Below, one piece after another: positions 19,105 to 28,466 of a stretch of 64,000 bases of DNA (its first letter is position 1; each line of letters starts with the position of its first letter). The notes beneath the pieces are model-generated. The model saw only the letters and a program-made list of their open reading frames with translations, did no database searches and was not told where the DNA came from. The stretch is taken from positions 227,594 through 291,593 of the forward strand of contig CBDCMQ010000007.1 of the NCBI GenBank assembly GCA_965219205.1. Direction: 5' to 3'. The DNA is from Dehalococcoidia bacterium (GTDB lineage: Bacteria; Chloroflexota; Dehalococcoidia; DSTF01; WHTK01). Position numbers and translations under genes: made by a program.

Positions 19105-19937
19105 CAAACCTCGCCCCGAACGATAGCGTCAGTCATCCGGCTTACTTCGATCATCTCAGCCACGTCGTGTACTCGAATCATGTCGGCACCGTTCATGATC
19201 GCGACGGCGGTGGTGGCCGCCGTCCCCCAAATTCGTTCAGACTCTGAACGTTCGAGAACCGTTCCAATTGTTGACTTACGGGAGGTGCCAACTAGCAGAG
19301 GCAAGCCGATCCTACTGAGCTCGCCCAGCCGCCGCAGCATCTCCAAATTATGCTCCACGGACCAGCCGAACCCGAATCCAGGGTCGACAATGAGGTTCTC
19401 TGACCCCACGCCAGCCACGGCCGCGATCTCTTGGCTCGCTGCCAAGCCGGCGTTCACATCGCCAATCACGTCTTGAAATTGGCGACCGCGTTGGTTGTGC
19501 ATTATCACTGCAGGAACGTTTCGCTTCGCCGCCAAAACGGCGACCTCTGGATCGCGGCGAAATCCCCAAATGTCGTTGATCATGTCAGCGCCGGCATCGA
19601 GTGCCGCCTCAACAACCGGGGCACGGTAGCTGTCGATGCTCAGCGGCAAACTAGTGGCTCGAACAATCGCCTCGATCGCCGGCACAACGCGGTGCTTTTC
19701 TTCCTCAATGCTTAGTTCTTCGAAGCCGGGCTTTGTCGATTGCCCACCGACATCGATGAGGTCCGCGCCATCGTCGGCAAATCGGCGAGCCTGTTCGACG
19801 GCATCCGCTACCCTAGTTACGCCGTCGCCAGAAAAAGAGTCCGGCGAAAGGTTCAATACACCCATTAGGTAGGTCCGGCGACCCCACTCAAAGCGGCGTG
19901 ACCGCAGCGTCAAAATCCCGGCTGTCTTGCCAATCAT
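19104..19937 (-). CDS. folP: Dihydropteroate synthase
   Basis: MGVLNLSPDSFSGDG, DPGFGF, GTSRKS, IRVHDV. Confidence 0.97.
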   Translation of the reverse strand: MIGKTAGILTLRSRRFEWGRRTYLMGVLNLSPDSFSGDGVTRVADAVEQARRFADDGADLIDVGGQSTKPGFEELSIEEEKHRVVPAIEAIVRATSLPLSIDSYRAPVVEAALDAGADMINDIWGFRRDPEVAVLAAKRNVPAVIMHNQRGRQFQDVIGDVNAGLAASQEIAAVAGVGSENLIVDPGFGFGWSVEHNLEMLRRLGELSRIGLPLLVGTSRKSTIGTVLERSESERIWGTAATTAVAIMNGADMIRVHDVAEMIEVSRMTDAIVRGEV

Positions 19938-20093
19938 GAATTCATGTTAGCGACGTCCATGGCGCCGCACAAAGTGCATGCCAAATAATTCTGTCGGAGA
20001 TTTACTGTAACGCTAAGACGCCTTGACAATTCTCCCTGAGCCACACATAGTCGGTGCGAACTGCATCATCCTCGGATAGAAAGTGGCCTGCCT

Positions 20094-20723
20094 ATGGAAC
20101 GAATCCGTGGAGCGCCTGCGGGCACCGCTTACCCGATTCGACTGGAAATTGCCCGGCCTGAAAGCCAGTCACGGGTGACGAATTTCCCCTTCACCAGCGG
20201 GATTATCCGCGCGGTTCTGCTAGTACCACACCTGATCGTTCTTTACTTTCTGTCGATCGCCGCCACGATCGCTTATTTCTTCGCCAGCTTCGCCATTCTG
20301 TTCACGGGGCGCTATCCACCAGGGCTTTTCAAGTTTGCCGTGGGTGTAACGCGCTGGACAACCCATGTCTTCGCCTACTGGAGCCACCTACGCGACGATT
20401 ATCCGCCGTTTTCTGTGGAAGCTGGTTTACCCTATGTCTTACTCGCGGTCGACTACCCCGAACGCTCGAGCCGCCTACTGAACCTCCCTTGGGTGGGAAT
20501 CTTTATCAAACTAGTCCTTTTGATTCCGCATCTTATCGTCCTTAAGTTCCTTTTGCTGGCCGTTCTGCTCGTTACGTTGGTGGCCGAGTTCGGGATTCTT
20601 TTCACCGGGTCTTATCCGCAAGGTCCGCATAGCTTTGTTGTCGGTGTCGGACGCTGGTGGCTAAGAACAAACGCTTATTCCACGGCAATGACGGACCGTT
20701 ACCCACCGTTCAGCTTCAACTAG
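20094..20723 (+). CDS. DUF4389 domain membrane protein (two repeats)
   Basis: Repeated LLxPH...ILFTGxYP...VGVxRW...DxYPPFS. Confidence 0.82.
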   Translation: MERIRGAPAGTAYPIRLEIARPESQSRVTNFPFTSGIIRAVLLVPHLIVLYFLSIAATIAYFFASFAILFTGRYPPGLFKFAVGVTRWTTHVFAYWSHLRDDYPPFSVEAGLPYVLLAVDYPERSSRLLNLPWVGIFIKLVLLIPHLIVLKFLLLAVLLVTLVAEFGILFTGSYPQGPHSFVVGVGRWWLRTNAYSTAMTDRYPPFSFN

Positions 20724-20822
20724 TTCAGGTTGGCAGAGGCCGAATCGAAATAACCCGACCCGCCGCGGAGCTTACTGGCACCGATTTCGGCGCGAAATAG
20801 GATAAAAAGAATCGAGCACTTG

Positions 20823-21457
20823 ATGGAATCCACAGCAGTTCCACCGACACCAACGGTCTATCCAATAAGGCTGGAGATAGCGCGTCCCGACACACAGCGC
20901 CGTCTAACCAACTTCCCGCTATTCGTTGGCACCATTGTCCGGTTTGTCCTTCTTGCTCCAAGCGTTATTGTCCTCTTTTACTTGATTTATGGAGCCCTGA
21001 TTGGCTATCTAGCGGCAACGTTTGTCATCATGCTTCGGGGCCGCTATCCGAGGGGGATCTTTAAGATCCTAGTGGGTGTCCATCGGTGGGAAGCAAACAT
21101 AACCGCGTACTTCCTGCACCTGTTCGACGAATACCCGCCGCTGGACTTGGACCAGCGGCTGGACCGACCCCTTCAACTTGAGGTCGATTACCCTCAACAT
21201 CCATCCCGGTGGCTTAATGCACCCGGAATTGGCTTCGCCATAAAGGCGATCCTGCTCATTCCTCATTTTCTGGTGCTAAATGCCCTCTATTTTCTGGCCA
21301 GCGTCATTGTCCTGATTGGCCAGGTGGCGATACTTTTCAATCCAGTTTTCCACCCGGTCTGCATCAAATGACTGTCGGCTTTGTCCGCTGGGAACATCGC
21401 GTCACAGGTTACCTATTCGGACTAACAGACAAATACCCGCCGTTTAGCCTCTCCTGA
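20823..21457 (+). pseudogene. Second DUF4389 paralog, frameshifted near 21340
   Basis: The conserved tail FPPGLHQMTVGFVRWEHRVTGYLFGLTDKYPPFSLS* continues in another frame to TGA at 21457; may be an assembly error. Confidence 0.7.
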
Positions 21458-21494
21458 GGGGCTGATTCTCACAGGATGCTAAGCTGCAAGGGCC

Positions 21495-21668
21495 ATGTTC
21501 AGTTCGCGCGGGCTTCGTCTCAGCTTCATCGGGGCGCTTATCTTCTTCCTCAGCATGGTCTCATTGCTCGTTCTTCCCGCCGGACCAGCAATCATAGGAA
21601 TGAGCGTTGGCGGGGCAGCCATCTGTGGCGGTTTTATTTGGACGCTGCTCTCTCCTTACAGTTCCTGA
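21495..21668 (+). CDS. Small two-TM membrane protein (57 aa)
   Basis: Below the ORF-track cutoff: MFSSRGLRLSFIGALIFFLSMVSLLVLPAGPAIIGMSVGGAAICGGFIWTLLSPYSS. Confidence 0.5.
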   Translation: MFSSRGLRLSFIGALIFFLSMVSLLVLPAGPAIIGMSVGGAAICGGFIWTLLSPYSS

Positions 21669-21707
21669 GGCCGCGAGGAACGCCGGTGGCGAACAAACTC
21701 TGACTCG

Positions 21708-22748
21708 TTAGCGCGTCCAGTTGAACTGATCTACGAGTTGATTTGTGGCCGAAACCAGAGCGTCGTGCTCTTCGGCAACGAGATTTCGTTGGATTACGGT
21801 CGCATTGTACAGGTCAACCAGTGCGTTAAATTCCTGGGCAATGGAGTTAAAGTGTTCGCGCAGTTCGTCGTATTGAGCGAAGGCATCCGGGGGAAGCTCA
21901 CCGTCCGGATGAGCAGCGAGGATAGCGTCAATCTGGCTGCGCAAAGCATCGAGTTGAGCCTCAACAGCGGCGACTTCCTGACTCTCTGCTGATATCGTCG
22001 AATCAAGGCTAACTATCTGGGCAGCTAAGAATCGAATTCGGGATTGATTCGCGTCTATTTGCGCCTGGAGAGGCGCTCGCAGCGCCTTGACGCGCGCGTC
22101 TTCGTCATCATGGAATTGATCGTGACCTGCCTGGATTGCTAACTGCTCCTGATTCCAGAGGCTTTCGACCTCAATTTCCAGCGACTCACAGCTATCTGCG
22201 CTTGGTAGCGCGAGCATCTTTTGCCGAATTAGTTCCACGCCGGCGAAATTGATGTCTACATGGCGCTGTTCATGCGCGGCGACGTCCGCGGCAAACTTTT
22301 GCCAACTCAATGCGAGTTCCTCTGGGAGAAGGTCTTGCTCGGTATGGTTCGGCAAGATCACCCGGATATCGAGCGATATCCTCATCGGCCCAATTTGACA
22401 ACCCATTGAAGACGGCAAAGTCTCGAGGCTGTAAGCCCAAAGGGTGGCCGTGAGCCCGCTTGCCTTTTCCGTGTCGCTATGAGGGCCCGAAAGGGAGATC
22501 GATTCGAAAATGGCCGCCGTTGTCTGACCTTCGACCGAATAGTAAACAGTGGTCAGGCTCGTGTCTATCTGAATTCGTCCTGGCGACAGTGTCGTCGCTG
22601 TCGGACTCGGCGGTACCTCCGTGACGGCTGGACGCGGAGTCGGGGTCGGTTGGGTCGTGCCCTGCACGGCGCCCTGGCTGCAGCCAGCGACAACCAGCAC
22701 AAATGCCACGGCCAAGATGGGTTGGAGCTTGCCAGATAAATCGATCAC
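21708..22748 (-). CDS. Lipoprotein with DUF922-like putative Zn-protease domain and C-terminal coiled coil
   Basis: Lipobox VAGC; YYSVEG; HEQRHVDI; long heptad-rich tail. Confidence 0.7.
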   Translation of the reverse strand: MIDLSGKLQPILAVAFVLVVAGCSQGAVQGTTQPTPTPRPAVTEVPPSPTATTLSPGRIQIDTSLTTVYYSVEGQTTAAIFESISLSGPHSDTEKASGLTATLWAYSLETLPSSMGCQIGPMRISLDIRVILPNHTEQDLLPEELALSWQKFAADVAAHEQRHVDINFAGVELIRQKMLALPSADSCESLEIEVESLWNQEQLAIQAGHDQFHDDEDARVKALRAPLQAQIDANQSRIRFLAAQIVSLDSTISAESQEVAAVEAQLDALRSQIDAILAAHPDGELPPDAFAQYDELREHFNSIAQEFNALVDLYNATVIQRNLVAEEHDALVSATNQLVDQFNWTR

Positions 22749-22762
22749 GCTGTCTTAACAGG

Positions 22763-23863
22763 TTACGGTGTGCGAATCGGAATCGCCACGGTTTTCTCCA
22801 TGCTAAATGCTACCCGCCAATCCGGGCGGGCCGCGATTCCCATTACTTCGTAGGGGTGAGCAGATACGTCGATCTCTATTTGACACTCGGGGAGGCCCGG
22901 TCTGCCCGTCAATCGGGTATAAAGACGGTGATTGTTTCCCGTCGCTACGGCCTCATCTATCTGTACGTCCAAAATCGTGTCGAGGTTCTCTAACGGCCGG
23001 CCATGGCGCATGATGATCACATTCTCGGGACGTACACACAGTGCCGCCTCGTCACCCAAGTTCACGTCGGAATCGGCTCGGGCGCGACCACGAAACCAAG
23101 GAGTCTCAACTTCGACGAAATCCTCATTCTTTGAAACGACCGTACCTTGGAAGATGTTGCGAGAATCTAGCAGCTCTGCGACTCGGACCGATGCTGGTCT
23201 GCTAAAGACGTCCGATCGGGGCCCGAATTGCAATACGGCACCCTCATCGTAAATCGCAATCTGGTCAGCCATCGCGTAGGCCTCCTGCAAATCGTGGGTG
23301 ACAAACAGGGCCGCAAGGCCCAGACGCCGTTGAATTTGGCCAACTTCACGACGCAAAACGTCGCGAATCGAAGCATCGAGGGCGGTGAAGGGCTCGTCGA
23401 GCAACAGCATCCGCGGCCGAGCCGCCAATGCTCTTCCCAAGGCAACTCGCTGCTGCTGGCCGCCCGATGTTGACTGGGGTAAGCGCGACTCCAATCCTTT
23501 GAGTCCTAACAGCTCAATAAGCTCGGCGATTCGTTCCCGCGCCTGGTCACGAGGCCAATCCTGCAGAGCAAAGCCGATGTTTTCGGCGACGGAAAGATGA
23601 GGGAACAAAGCCAGATCCTGCACTACGTATCCCACGTTGCGCGACTGAGGCGGCAGGTGAAGGCTTTCTGCAGAGTCGTAAACCACACCCTCTGGCAATT
23701 CGATATGTCCGGCGTCAGGCGCTAGCAGTCCAGCGATGGCGCGCAAAGTCAGCGTCTTGCCGGACCCAGAAGGTCCAAGCAAAACCACCAGTTCATCTTG
23801 GGCCTCGAACCGGGGCCGGAGGAGAAAATCGCCAATCCGTCTCTCAAAATCTACCGAGAGCAC
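22763..23863 (-). CDS. modC: Molybdate ABC transporter ATP-binding protein
   Basis: GPSGSGKT, SGGQQQRVALGR, LLLDEPF; TOBE-like tail; GTG start after modB. Confidence 0.85.
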   Translation of the reverse strand: MLSVDFERRIGDFLLRPRFEAQDELVVLLGPSGSGKTLTLRAIAGLLAPDAGHIELPEGVVYDSAESLHLPPQSRNVGYVVQDLALFPHLSVAENIGFALQDWPRDQARERIAELIELLGLKGLESRLPQSTSGGQQQRVALGRALAARPRMLLLDEPFTALDASIRDVLRREVGQIQRRLGLAALFVTHDLQEAYAMADQIAIYDEGAVLQFGPRSDVFSRPASVRVAELLDSRNIFQGTVVSKNEDFVEVETPWFRGRARADSDVNLGDEAALCVRPENVIIMRHGRPLENLDTILDVQIDEAVATGNNHRLYTRLTGRPGLPECQIEIDVSAHPYEVMGIAARPDWRVAFSMEKTVAIPIRTP

Positions 23864-23865
23864 TT

Positions 23866-24705
23866 CTAAATCCCTCGCCGTGCTGCGGATCCCCCGACAA
23901 GGCGGAGAAGAATCAGCAGGGCTATACCGGCGAAAACGAGAATCACCGCCAGCGCTATCGCCAAGTCGATTGATCGGCCGGCATCGAAAACCCCGATTAT
24001 TGCAAGCGGCATCGTTTGGGTCCGTTCCGGAAAATTGCCAGCAAAGACCAAGGTTGCACCCAGCTCGCTGAGCGCCCGAGCCCAGCAAAGAATCGCCCCA
24101 GCAAGAACCGAAGGCCATGAAAGAGGAATCAAAATCTGCCGGAATATACGCAACGGGCTCGCTCCCAGCGTTGCGGCTACGCCCTCATACTCAGGTCTGA
24201 CATTCTCAAATCCAGCCTTCACCGTCCTGATATAAAACGGCGCTGCGACAAAGAGCTGAGCGAGGACCACCGCCGTCGTCGTAAAAGCAACGTCGATTCC
24301 CAGCGAGTCGAGCTCTCCTCCCAGTATCCCTCGCCGGCCAAAGGCCAGTAACAAGGCGACACCGGCGACAGTGGGAGGCAGGATCAGCGGTAGGTCAACT
24401 AACAAATCGACAATCGCTTTGCCAGGAAATCTTCCTCGCGCCAGGAGGTAGGCTACCGGAGTACCCAGCACGATAGCGAGAGCCAGGGCAATCGTGCTCG
24501 TCACTGCACTGAGCCACATCGCGTTAAGCACGAGACTTGAAGTGATATTCTCCGCCAACTCACCGCTGGCAAACGCCCGCCAAATCAGGGCCAAAATCGG
24601 TGTAACGACAAAGGCGATGAACAAGAACGCCAGGGGCATAAAGGCCCGATTCGTGTCCATGCCGGCACGCTTCCGGCCCGAGCCGCGGCGTTCTGCTCTA
24701 TTCAA
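23866..24705 (-). CDS. modB: Molybdate ABC transporter permease
   Basis: DLPLILPPTVAGVALL, WARALSELGAT..FAGN....TQTMPLAI. Confidence 0.9.
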   Translation of the reverse strand: MNRAERRGSGRKRAGMDTNRAFMPLAFLFIAFVVTPILALIWRAFASGELAENITSSLVLNAMWLSAVTSTIALALAIVLGTPVAYLLARGRFPGKAIVDLLVDLPLILPPTVAGVALLLAFGRRGILGGELDSLGIDVAFTTTAVVLAQLFVAAPFYIRTVKAGFENVRPEYEGVAATLGASPLRIFRQILIPLSWPSVLAGAILCWARALSELGATLVFAGNFPERTQTMPLAIIGVFDAGRSIDLAIALAVILVFAGIALLILLRLVGGSAARRGI

Positions 24706-25504
24706 CTGTCAAAAACCCATATGACTTCATTACGAGTTGGCCGGCGGCTGACAAGACAAAATCGAGAAACGCGCGCGCGCCGGACTCATTTCTGGCTCCC
24801 GCTACAAGGGCAATCGGATACTCGACGGTCAAGTTGAATCCGTCCGGAAGGGAAATTACTTTCAGGTCCGGTGCCAAATCGGGCGTGACGTCGGTGAAGT
24901 AGACGATCCCGGCATCTGCTTCTCCTAAAGCCACCTTGGCAGCAACCTGTTTCACATTGCTCTCCAGCGAAATCACATTGCGCAGGACATCGGCACTAAA
25001 ATCTCGACCATACGCCGTGCTACCGCTCATGGAAGTCAGCACCTGGCGGGTGTATGTGCCAACGGGAACCCTTTCGTTCGCCAGGATTATCCTCAGTCCA
25101 CCGCGGCCCAAATCCTCCGGGAACATGATCTGGGCCGGGTTGTCGACGGGAGTTATGATCACCAAAGTGCTGCGGGCGAAAATGATCTGCTCGGCCGACA
25201 CGACCCCTCTCTCCTGGGCAATTTGCATCTGTTCGACGTTAGCGCTGGCGAAAACATCTGCCCTTGCGCCCTGCTCGAGCTGAGTCCGCAAGGTCGGAGT
25301 GCCGGCGAAACTGAAGATCAGCTCAATTTCCGGGTGCTGTTCCTCAAACCGCACCGCGATATCCGTGAAAGCAGCCGACAACGATGCAGCCGCAAAGACA
25401 GTGATCTTGCCGTTCAACGCGTTGGGATCGTCAGGCGCGGAGGAACCACTGCCGCCACAAGCGCTGAAAACTGCGATCAGAGCGCAGACTGCGACAGCGT
25501 TCAC
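24698..25504 (-). CDS. modA: Molybdate ABC transporter substrate-binding lipoprotein
   Basis: FSAC lipobox, TVFAAASL, ADVFASAN, VPVGTY, GEADAGIVYFTD; start uncertain (25504-25561). Confidence 0.9.
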   Translation of the reverse strand: MNAVAVCALIAVFSACGGSGSSAPDDPNALNGKITVFAAASLSAAFTDIAVRFEEQHPEIELIFSFAGTPTLRTQLEQGARADVFASANVEQMQIAQERGVVSAEQIIFARSTLVIITPVDNPAQIMFPEDLGRGGLRIILANERVPVGTYTRQVLTSMSGSTAYGRDFSADVLRNVISLESNVKQVAAKVALGEADAGIVYFTDVTPDLAPDLKVISLPDGFNLTVEYPIALVAGARNESGARAFLDFVLSAAGQLVMKSYGFLTVE

Positions 25505-25520
25505 GGCCTTTGACAGGCCC

Positions 25521-26069
25521 TTAATTGCTGCTGGCATCCAGCGCGGCCAAACTACGGTCAAGCCATCCTCGAGTGGATAGGGCCGCCGAAGCCTTTGAGG
25601 CTAGAACAATTGCATCAAAGCTCGTGGATTCAAGACCTTGAGCCTCCCGAGTTATGTCCACAAAGTAGGCATCACAAACCTCAATCTGGGCCGCGATCAG
25701 ACTCCGCGCCAGGGCTGGTTGTTCGTCCAAGGCGAAGTACAGCTTGGCAAGAAAATCGTTGCGTACCTCGCGCATTCGGCTGACCGGACGTTGAAGCCAC
25801 CGCAAGAATTCCGCCTCGCCTTCGGCGGTGGTCGCGTAAATTGCCTTCGGCGGGTACTCAGTGCGGTCCCACTCGCCATCGATTAGCTCGAGACCAGAAA
25901 GCGATTTGAGGATGGCGTAAACCATAGCGGGCTCAACCGGGCATACGCGCCCGAGTCCGCTTCCAGCGACAAGCTGGCGCTGCAGGTCATAACCGTGCCC
26001 AGGCCGGCGGCGCAGCAGTCCCAAAATTCCATATTCACTGACTGTCAGAAAAGTCTTGGCTCGAGGCAT
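25521..26069 (-). CDS. PadR family transcriptional regulator
   Basis: ILGLL...HGYDL, VYAILKSL...ELI, Y.TT.EG. Confidence 0.88.
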   Translation of the reverse strand: MPRAKTFLTVSEYGILGLLRRRPGHGYDLQRQLVAGSGLGRVCPVEPAMVYAILKSLSGLELIDGEWDRTEYPPKAIYATTAEGEAEFLRWLQRPVSRMREVRNDFLAKLYFALDEQPALARSLIAAQIEVCDAYFVDITREAQGLESTSFDAIVLASKASAALSTRGWLDRSLAALDASSN

Positions 26070-26084
26070 TGCTCAGACCATGTT

Positions 26085-26101
26085 TAATCAATCATTGAGT
26101 A
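26085..26101. promoter_or_regulatory. Near-palindromic putative PadR operator
   Basis: TAATCAAT-C-ATTGAGTA, 15 bp upstream of the padR start. Confidence 0.5.
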
Positions 26102-26166
26102 TCGTCAAGCAAGCTGACTCCTGAGCTCTGACTAATGACGATCATTTGCGCGACCGCGGGACACTG

Positions 26167-26316
26167 CTAGCGCTGATACCGCCGATTTCGATCGCGTTTA
26201 CGTAGGTCGGTGGGGTCGTTGAGCGCCCTTCGGCCACTCAGCCAAATCAGCGCCGCTATTACAAAGCCAAAGTCCAGAGCGAAGAACACCAACACCACGA
26301 CCAGTTCGGTGGTCAC
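26167..26316 (-). CDS. Small single-TM protein (49 aa)
   Basis: GTG start after GGAG; MTTELVVVLVFFALDFGFVIAALIWLSGRR..., basic tail. Confidence 0.5.
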   Translation of the reverse strand: MTTELVVVLVFFALDFGFVIAALIWLSGRRALNDPTDLRKRDRNRRYQR

Positions 26317-26516
26317 GCTAGCTTCACTCCGTGGGTCATCAGCGAGTCCATGCTTGAGATCTGCCTCCCTGCCGATCGAAGCGCGTAAAACCTTAAACGC
26401 GAATCCCGGTGGCAGCGTTTCATCGGGCTCGCATTGCAGCTGGAATTGACATCGCCGTCCTGGGCCGGAATGATCGGTGAGTCGATCTGCATCCCGAAGC
26501 TTGACTAGGAGTCAGA

Positions 26517-27389
26517 ATGAAAATCGGTGCCGTGTTTCCCCAGACTGAAATCGGCAGTGACCCTGTCGGAATCCGCGACTATGCTCAGGCCGTTGAGGCG
26601 CTCGGTTTCGACCACCTGCTCGCCTTCGACCATGTTGTCGGTGCCGACCCGAACCGCCCGGGCGGCTGGGAAAGACCGTACGACAAGGACAGCATGTTCC
26701 ATGAACCAATGGTGCTGTTTGGCTATCTGGCCAGTCTAACCAAGCGAATCGGCCTGGTTAGCAACGTGATAATTCTGCCTCAACGGCAAACGGTTCTAGT
26801 CGCCAAGCAAGCCGCTGAAATCGACGTATTAAGCGGCGGCCGCCTCCGGTTGGGTGTTGGCATAGGTTGGAACCAAGTCGAATACGAAAGCCTCAATGAG
26901 GAGTTCACTGACCGCGGACGCCGGGTGGTCGAGCAAATGGCGGTCCTGCGGGCCCTTTGGACCAAGGATGTAGTCGACTTCAAGGGGCGGTGGCACAATA
27001 TCGATCTCGCCGGCATCAATCCGCTGCCAGTTCAAAGACCGATACCGATCTGGATCGGCGGCGGTGCCGACGCCGTTATCCGTCGCGTAGCCCGCCACGC
27101 CGACGGTTGGTTTCCCCAGTTCCCGCTCGACGAAAATGCCAAACCAACAATGGACCGACTTGATGCTTACATACGCGAAGCGGGCAGAGACCGATCCGAT
27201 GTCGGTATTGAAGCCCGTGTTGAATTTTCCCATCTGAATTGGGAGGAAATGGAAAGTGCGATGGAGAAGTGGCGTGAGCTGGGCGCCACTCACATCGGGA
27301 TCAATACGATGCGAGCCGACCTCAAAACGCCTGAAGATCACACCAAAGTCCTGACCCAGTTTCGGGAGCTGACCCGCAAATATACTTGA
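26517..27389 (+). CDS. LLM class F420-dependent oxidoreductase
   Basis: GFDHLLAFDHVVGA, LPQRQTVLVAKQAAEIDVLSGGRLRLGVGIGWN. Confidence 0.92.
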   Translation: MKIGAVFPQTEIGSDPVGIRDYAQAVEALGFDHLLAFDHVVGADPNRPGGWERPYDKDSMFHEPMVLFGYLASLTKRIGLVSNVIILPQRQTVLVAKQAAEIDVLSGGRLRLGVGIGWNQVEYESLNEEFTDRGRRVVEQMAVLRALWTKDVVDFKGRWHNIDLAGINPLPVQRPIPIWIGGGADAVIRRVARHADGWFPQFPLDENAKPTMDRLDAYIREAGRDRSDVGIEARVEFSHLNWEEMESAMEKWRELGATHIGINTMRADLKTPEDHTKVLTQFRELTRKYT

Positions 27390-27433
27390 AGAAGGCCGGC
27401 CATTCTGGCCTACTAGATTAGAGAGGTAATCCA

Positions 27434-27667
27434 ATGGGCAAAGAACAACTTCAAGCTCTGGCAAGAATCATCCAAGAGCAATCGGCAAAGGGACTTGGCA
27501 ACGCGGTTACGGGTTCCTGGACGATACGTTGGGACGGTGCGCGTGAGGTTTTTAGCTTCGACAAATGCGAGGACGGCTTTTACTGCGCCGAGCGGCCGGC
27601 CGTTGTCGACCTAGAAGGCCGCGTCCTCGACCCCGGCGGGCCGATCTTCGAGGAAACTCCAGAGTGA
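27434..27667 (+). CDS. Hypothetical protein (77 aa)
   Basis: GAGGT RBS; GTGA coupling to the next ORF. Confidence 0.65.
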   Translation: MGKEQLQALARIIQEQSAKGLGNAVTGSWTIRWDGAREVFSFDKCEDGFYCAERPAVVDLEGRVLDPGGPIFEETPE

Positions 27668-28458
27668 ACCCACGCCTGTTGGGCGCTGCTTTACAGCGCC
27701 TCGCCGGAAGCGACCGCATGGTGGTCTACGATGTAGCGCAGGACAGCGCCCCATCGCGAACCAATAGCACCACGCCTTTCGTCCGTGGAGGAGAGGCATG
27801 GTGGCGATTCATCGAGCGGCGCCGCGTCCTGGACGATGGACTTGATCTTAACCTGCTGATCTCGCTTCGCAGACTAAGCTCAGAAGAGAGACTGCTTGCG
27901 GTTGGATGGGGCACGGCTTTCGCCAACTCATTCCTCCTGGTGGAACCCAGTGACGTCTCGGTCAATTTCACCACTACATCCGGAGTGATCGAATTCGCAA
28001 CAGACCATGGCCTCGATAGGCCAGAAAAGCTGATTCGAACCGCCTACGGCGAGTGGGTTTACTGGGTTCGAGGCGACAATGGGGACCTCGAAAGTCGTGC
28101 GGCACAACTCGATGTAATCGACCCTGCTGCGACGATCTGGCAAACGATTTGGGACCAGCTGCAGCAAACTTTTGACGCTGCAGATTTCCTCTCCATCCTT
28201 ACCCTGCTGAACCTGCGCGAAGCCGAACTGTTCACCGGCGGCCGCGAAGTGGCCAGAGCGATTGTGCCCTTCCTCACCCGTCTGGGGATGCCGATTCTTT
28301 ACGATGCTCGGCACGTAATGCAAGGGATGCGTGAGCTAATCAATGCCGGACTTGCTTCAGCTCAGGACCCGCAAGAAAACCTGCGCACCTACCGTGGCCC
28401 CGGTGCGCCCCTACCGGAGGAAATAAGCGATGAGCGCTTAGCGCTCATGCTGCGCTAG
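27664..28458 (+). CDS. Hypothetical protein (264 aa)
   Basis: Long ORF filling the gap, GTG start overlapping the upstream stop. Confidence 0.7.
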   Translation: MNPRLLGAALQRLAGSDRMVVYDVAQDSAPSRTNSTTPFVRGGEAWWRFIERRRVLDDGLDLNLLISLRRLSSEERLLAVGWGTAFANSFLLVEPSDVSVNFTTTSGVIEFATDHGLDRPEKLIRTAYGEWVYWVRGDNGDLESRAAQLDVIDPAATIWQTIWDQLQQTFDAADFLSILTLLNLREAELFTGGREVARAIVPFLTRLGMPILYDARHVMQGMRELINAGLASAQDPQENLRTYRGPGAPLPEEISDERLALMLR

Positions 28459-28466
28459 AGACAAGC

